From positions 1 to 8,165 of the forward strand of contig JAWBIX010000016.1 of NCBI GenBank assembly GCA_038833255.1: 8,165 nucleotides of DNA. The letters are read 5' to 3'. Origin of the DNA: Nanopusillaceae archaeon. Its GTDB lineage: Archaea > Nanobdellota > Nanobdellia > Nanobdellales > Nanobdellaceae. Each line of letters begins with the position of its first letter. The first letter of the stretch is position 1. Of this stretch, positions 5,602-8,165 are shown one piece after another. The notes below the pieces were generated by a model. It was not told the origin of the DNA, searched no databases, and worked only from the letters and a program-made list of their open reading frames with translations. A program made the translations under genes and the position numbers.

Positions 5602-6245
5602 AATTTAAAGAAATCAAAAATCTTTTTTTGTTTTTCGCTCTTTATCTTTTTTACAGTAAACCATGTTTTTCTTACATAATCTTTTAAAATTTCATAATTT
5701 TCTTTTAGAGCCTTTATAGTTTTTTCATCTGAAGGGTATCCAGAACCAAAATCTATTCCTGTTTCTTTTTTAATTCTATCTATTTCCCTATCTCTAATAA
5801 CTTTAGCTATTATTGAAGCTGCAGAAACAATAGGATATTTTTTATCTGCTTTTACCTCAACTATTAATTCTGGTTTATAACTTAATGTTTTTTCAAATTT
5901 TTCCTTTAATTTTTGACTATTTTTTATAAAGGAATCTATAAAAACTTTTGGAGATTTAAATTCCTCAATTATTTTACAATAATTTAAAAATTCTAATTGA
6001 TTTAATCCTTTTTTTTCTACATAATGGTCTATTATTGATGGGGAAATTATTTTATATTTAAAATCAACTATTTTTATAATTTCTTCAAATATTTTTTCTC
6101 TTTCTTCTCTAGATAATTCTTTAGAATCTTTTACACCCAATTCAATTAAATCTTCTATTTTTTCTTCTATATATTGAACTCCTACAATTACTAAAGGTCC
6201 GATTACTGGACCTCTTCCAGCCTCATCAATACCTAAAATTTTCAT
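5598..6245 (-). CDS. rnhB: Ribonuclease HII
   Basis: The sequence shows MKILGIDEAGRGPVIGPLV (catalytic D-E), GVKDSKELS, SAASIIAK and GSGYPSD. I place the start at the ATG at 6243-6245 (215 aa) because it forms an ATGA overlap with the cbf5 TGA at 6242-6244. The ORF track starts two codons earlier at a TTG (6249-6251). Confidence 0.9.
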   Translation of the reverse strand: MKILGIDEAGRGPVIGPLVIVGVQYIEEKIEDLIELGVKDSKELSREEREKIFEEIIKIVDFKYKIISPSIIDHYVEKKGLNQLEFLNYCKIIEEFKSPKVFIDSFIKNSQKLKEKFEKTLSYKPELIVEVKADKKYPIVSAASIIAKVIRDREIDRIKKETGIDFGSGYPSDEKTIKALKENYEILKDYVRKTWFTVKKIKSEKQKKIFDFFKL

Positions 6246-7243
6246 TTCCAAACTTTAGGATATATGTCTTTTTCCATTATAACTCTTTCTACATCTACAG
6301 CTATTCCAGAATTTGCTTCAAGGATTTCTTCAGAAGACATTAAAGAATATCCTATTGCTACTAATTCATTTTTTAATGTTAATAAAGCAACTAAATCTCC
6401 TTTTCTAATATTAGAATATAATTTGGATATTCCAGAAACATATAAATTTGCACCATAAGTTATAGAGTTAACAGCCGTATCCAATATCCATATTTTTTTT
6501 ATATGTTCAATAGCAACCTCTTGCGGTAAAAAAACTTTTCTAATATATTTTTCATTTCCTTCATTTTTCCAAAACCATATTGAATCTACAATATCTTGTA
6601 AAGTAACTATTGGATATTTTTCTGAATCTTCCTTTAATTCACCAACTCTTATTCTTCTTAATTGCTGCATATGTGCCCCCACTCCCAATTCTTTTCCTAT
6701 ATCATGTATAAGTTTTCTAATATAAACTCCTGCTTCAGTAGCTATTTGTAATAACCAATCTCTACCATCTATTTCTAAAACTTTTATACAATAAACTTTC
6801 CTTTTTCTAGGGACTTTTTTTACAGAGGATTTTAAAGGTGGTTTTTGAACTATTTCTCCTTGAAATTTGCTTAAAGCTTCCATAACTTTTTCTTCTGGTA
6901 CTTCTCCATGCAAATGTAACCATGCAACATATTCTTTCCCAGCTAAAAGAAATAATCTAAGAATTTTAGTAGCCTTTCCTACACCTATTGGTAAAACTCC
7001 TGTCACTTTTGGATCTAATGTGCCTCCATGCCCTACTTTAAATCCCAATATATTTTTTATCCATACAACTATTTGATGCGAAGTTGGACCCTTCGGTTTA
7101 TCTAAATTAATTACAGAATGAATCAAATGGTATTCTATAGGTCTTTTTTCTGGGTAAAATCCATATCTTTCGTCAGTTTCCGCTTCTCTTTTTACTAAAA
7201 TATCATATTTTTCTTCTTCATATGGAAACTTACAATATTCCAT
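6242..7243 (-). CDS. cbf5: H/ACA RNP pseudouridine synthase Cbf5 (archaeal TruB family)
   Basis: 333 aa. It has KPKGPTSHQ, GHGGTLDP with catalytic D77 (nt 7013-7015), GKEYVAWLHLHG, GVGAHMQQLRR and a C-terminal PUA-type domain (GDLVALLTLKNELVAIGYS). It closely resembles the Pyrococcus Cbf5 sequence as I recall it. Confidence 0.95.
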   Translation of the reverse strand: MEYCKFPYEEEKYDILVKREAETDERYGFYPEKRPIEYHLIHSVINLDKPKGPTSHQIVVWIKNILGFKVGHGGTLDPKVTGVLPIGVGKATKILRLFLLAGKEYVAWLHLHGEVPEEKVMEALSKFQGEIVQKPPLKSSVKKVPRKRKVYCIKVLEIDGRDWLLQIATEAGVYIRKLIHDIGKELGVGAHMQQLRRIRVGELKEDSEKYPIVTLQDIVDSIWFWKNEGNEKYIRKVFLPQEVAIEHIKKIWILDTAVNSITYGANLYVSGISKLYSNIRKGDLVALLTLKNELVAIGYSLMSSEEILEANSGIAVDVERVIMEKDIYPKVWK

Positions 7244-7248
7244 AAAGT

Positions 7249-7767
7249 TTATTTATTTAAAAATTTTCTTAATGGATGGTCTGGATTAGAAAGTGGAGAA
7301 TATTCGTTATACTTTATTTTTTCTTCTTCCTCTTTTTTAACTAAATATCCTGGAGATGTAATTACACTATCTCCAACCATGATATGACCGTGAACTATTA
7401 ATTGTCTTGCTTGCTTTATTGTTTTAGCTAAGCCTTTTCTATATACTAAAGTTTGTAACCTTCTTTCCAAAACATCTCTAACTGTTATATTTAACACATC
7501 ACTAAGTGTTGAGTTTTCTCTCAAAAGCCCATATTTAATTAATCTATTCAAAAACAGTTTTTCTTCTTTAGATATGTCAAATCCTGCTGCTCTTTTAGAA
7601 TTTAAATATTTTGCATAAAATCTAATTTTTCTTACAATAGTATATGCCTTCCATAATTCTCTCTTATTTTTTAATCCATATTCTTTTTTTAGTCTTCTCT
7701 CTTCATCTAATCTATATTTAATCCAAGGATGTGGAGGGCTTTCCCAAGATTTTTTAATTCTCCACAT
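7249..7767 (-). CDS. rps4: 30S ribosomal protein S4 (uS4, archaeal S4P/eukaryotic S9 type)
   Basis: 172 aa. It has SPPHPW, EYGLKNKRELWK and ERRLQTLVYRKGLAKTIKQARQLIVHGHI (the S4 RNA-binding domain). The start ATG at 7765-7767 is 2 nt after the S13 stop. Confidence 0.95.
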   Translation of the reverse strand: MWRIKKSWESPPHPWIKYRLDEERRLKKEYGLKNKRELWKAYTIVRKIRFYAKYLNSKRAAGFDISKEEKLFLNRLIKYGLLRENSTLSDVLNITVRDVLERRLQTLVYRKGLAKTIKQARQLIVHGHIMVGDSVITSPGYLVKKEEEEKIKYNEYSPLSNPDHPLRKFLNK

Positions 7768-7769
7768 TT

Positions 7770-8165
7770 CTACTTTTTCTTTTTCTGTACTCCTACTGTT
7801 TGGCCTTTTCTATGATGAGATCTCGTTTTTTGTCCTCTAACAGGTAATCCATGTTTATGTCTATCTCCCTTCCAACTTCCTAATTCAATTTCTTTTTTAA
7901 TATCAAATTGTATTCTAATTTTTAAATCTGCTCCAACTAAGTGCTTTGTTTGTCCATCTTCTGGATCTTTTGGCCTATTAAACATCCATTGTGGAATATT
8001 ATATTTTTCTGGATTTTTTAAACAATCTTCAAGTTTTTCTAGTTCTTCATCCGATAATGATCCTAACAATCTCCATTTGTTTATACCTAAAACTTCACAT
8101 ATTGCATGTGAAAATCTCCAATTTACACCAGGTATTTTAACTAATTCAACATATATTGGCTTATG
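7770..8165 (-). CDS. rps13: 30S ribosomal protein S13 (uS13), 5'-truncated by the window edge
   Basis: The ORF-track start at 8069 is a TTG inside the gene. Hand translation of the same frame up to nt 8165 stays open and reads HKPIYVELVKIPGVNWRFSHAICEVLGINKWR, which continues into LGSLSDEELEKLE. That is typical of the uS13 N-terminal half. The basic C-terminus is GLPVRGQKTRSHHRKG. The true start lies beyond the window. Confidence 0.9.
   Translation of the reverse strand, partial: HKPIYVELVKIPGVNWRFSHAICEVLGINKWRLLGSLSDEELEKLEDCLKNPEKYNIPQWMFNRPKDPEDGQTKHLVGADLKIRIQFDIKKEIELGSWKGDRHKHGLPVRGQKTRSHHRKGQTVGVQKKKK

Noticed and set aside
6246-6251. TTG start (MEM...) given by the ORF track for RNase HII
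   Set aside because: The in-frame ATG at 6243-6245 gives the canonical MKILGIDEAG N-terminus and an ATGA overlap with the cbf5 stop. The TTG extension adds two residues with no support.
6264-6458. 64-aa plus-strand ORF inside cbf5
   Set aside because: It is a shadow ORF antisense to the conserved PUA-domain region of Cbf5.
6867-7076. 69-aa plus-strand ORF inside cbf5
   Set aside because: It is a shadow ORF antisense to the catalytic core of Cbf5, with no independent support.
7812-7818. ATGATGA (C-box-like) on the plus strand, possibly a C/D box sRNA antisense to rps13
   Set aside because: No CTGA D box or C'/D' elements appear in the following 90 nt or so, and there is no terminal stem. 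This heptamer is expected by chance in AT-rich coding sequence.
8067-8069. TTG start given by the ORF track for the S13 ORF (99 aa)
   Set aside because: The frame stays open to the window edge. The upstream translation (VKIPGVNWRFSHAICEVLGI...) is clearly the conserved uS13 N-terminal region, so the gene is truncated by the window rather than starting here.
1-8165. Search for CRISPR repeats, IS elements or terminal inverted repeats, integrases, toxin-antitoxin pairs, or defence or biosynthetic clusters
   Set aside because: I saw no spaced direct repeats, no transposase- or integrase-like ORFs and no nuclease, ATPase or methylase modules. Every ORF of 100 aa or more is either a housekeeping gene or one of the three small orphans already listed.

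Overview
This is an AT-rich, very compact archaeal chromosome segment, at roughly a quarter G+C by hand count of sampled lines. It holds 12 protein genes. Only about 214 of 8165 nt (about 2.6%) lie outside ORFs. I found no rRNA, tRNA, CRISPR array, IS or transposon, integrase or recognisable defence or biosynthetic cluster.

Nine genes are recognisable housekeeping functions, most of them RNA-centred:
- an archaeal-type MiaB-like radical-SAM methylthiotransferase (e-MtaB/CDKAL1 family)
- a calcineurin-like metallophosphoesterase
- RNA 3'-phosphate cyclase RtcA
- a HAD hydrolase
- the alanyl-tRNA editing protein AlaX
- RNase HII
- the H/ACA pseudouridine synthase Cbf5
- ribosomal proteins uS4 and uS13 (uS13 runs off the right edge)

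Three small ORFs (148, 102 and 104 aa) match nothing I recognise. They are the only candidates here for undescribed biology.

Gene packing is extreme:
- Three same-strand junctions are ATGA start/stop overlaps.
- All three convergent junctions are 8-9 nt stop-over-stop overlaps with nearly the same sequence.
- The two divergent junctions are only 37 and 29 bp.

Composition, packing and gene content suggest a streamlined, probably thermophilic DPANN or Nanoarchaeota-like archaeon. That is inference only. My honest assessment is that this is a core housekeeping region, not an accessory island. The observations below are of modest interest.
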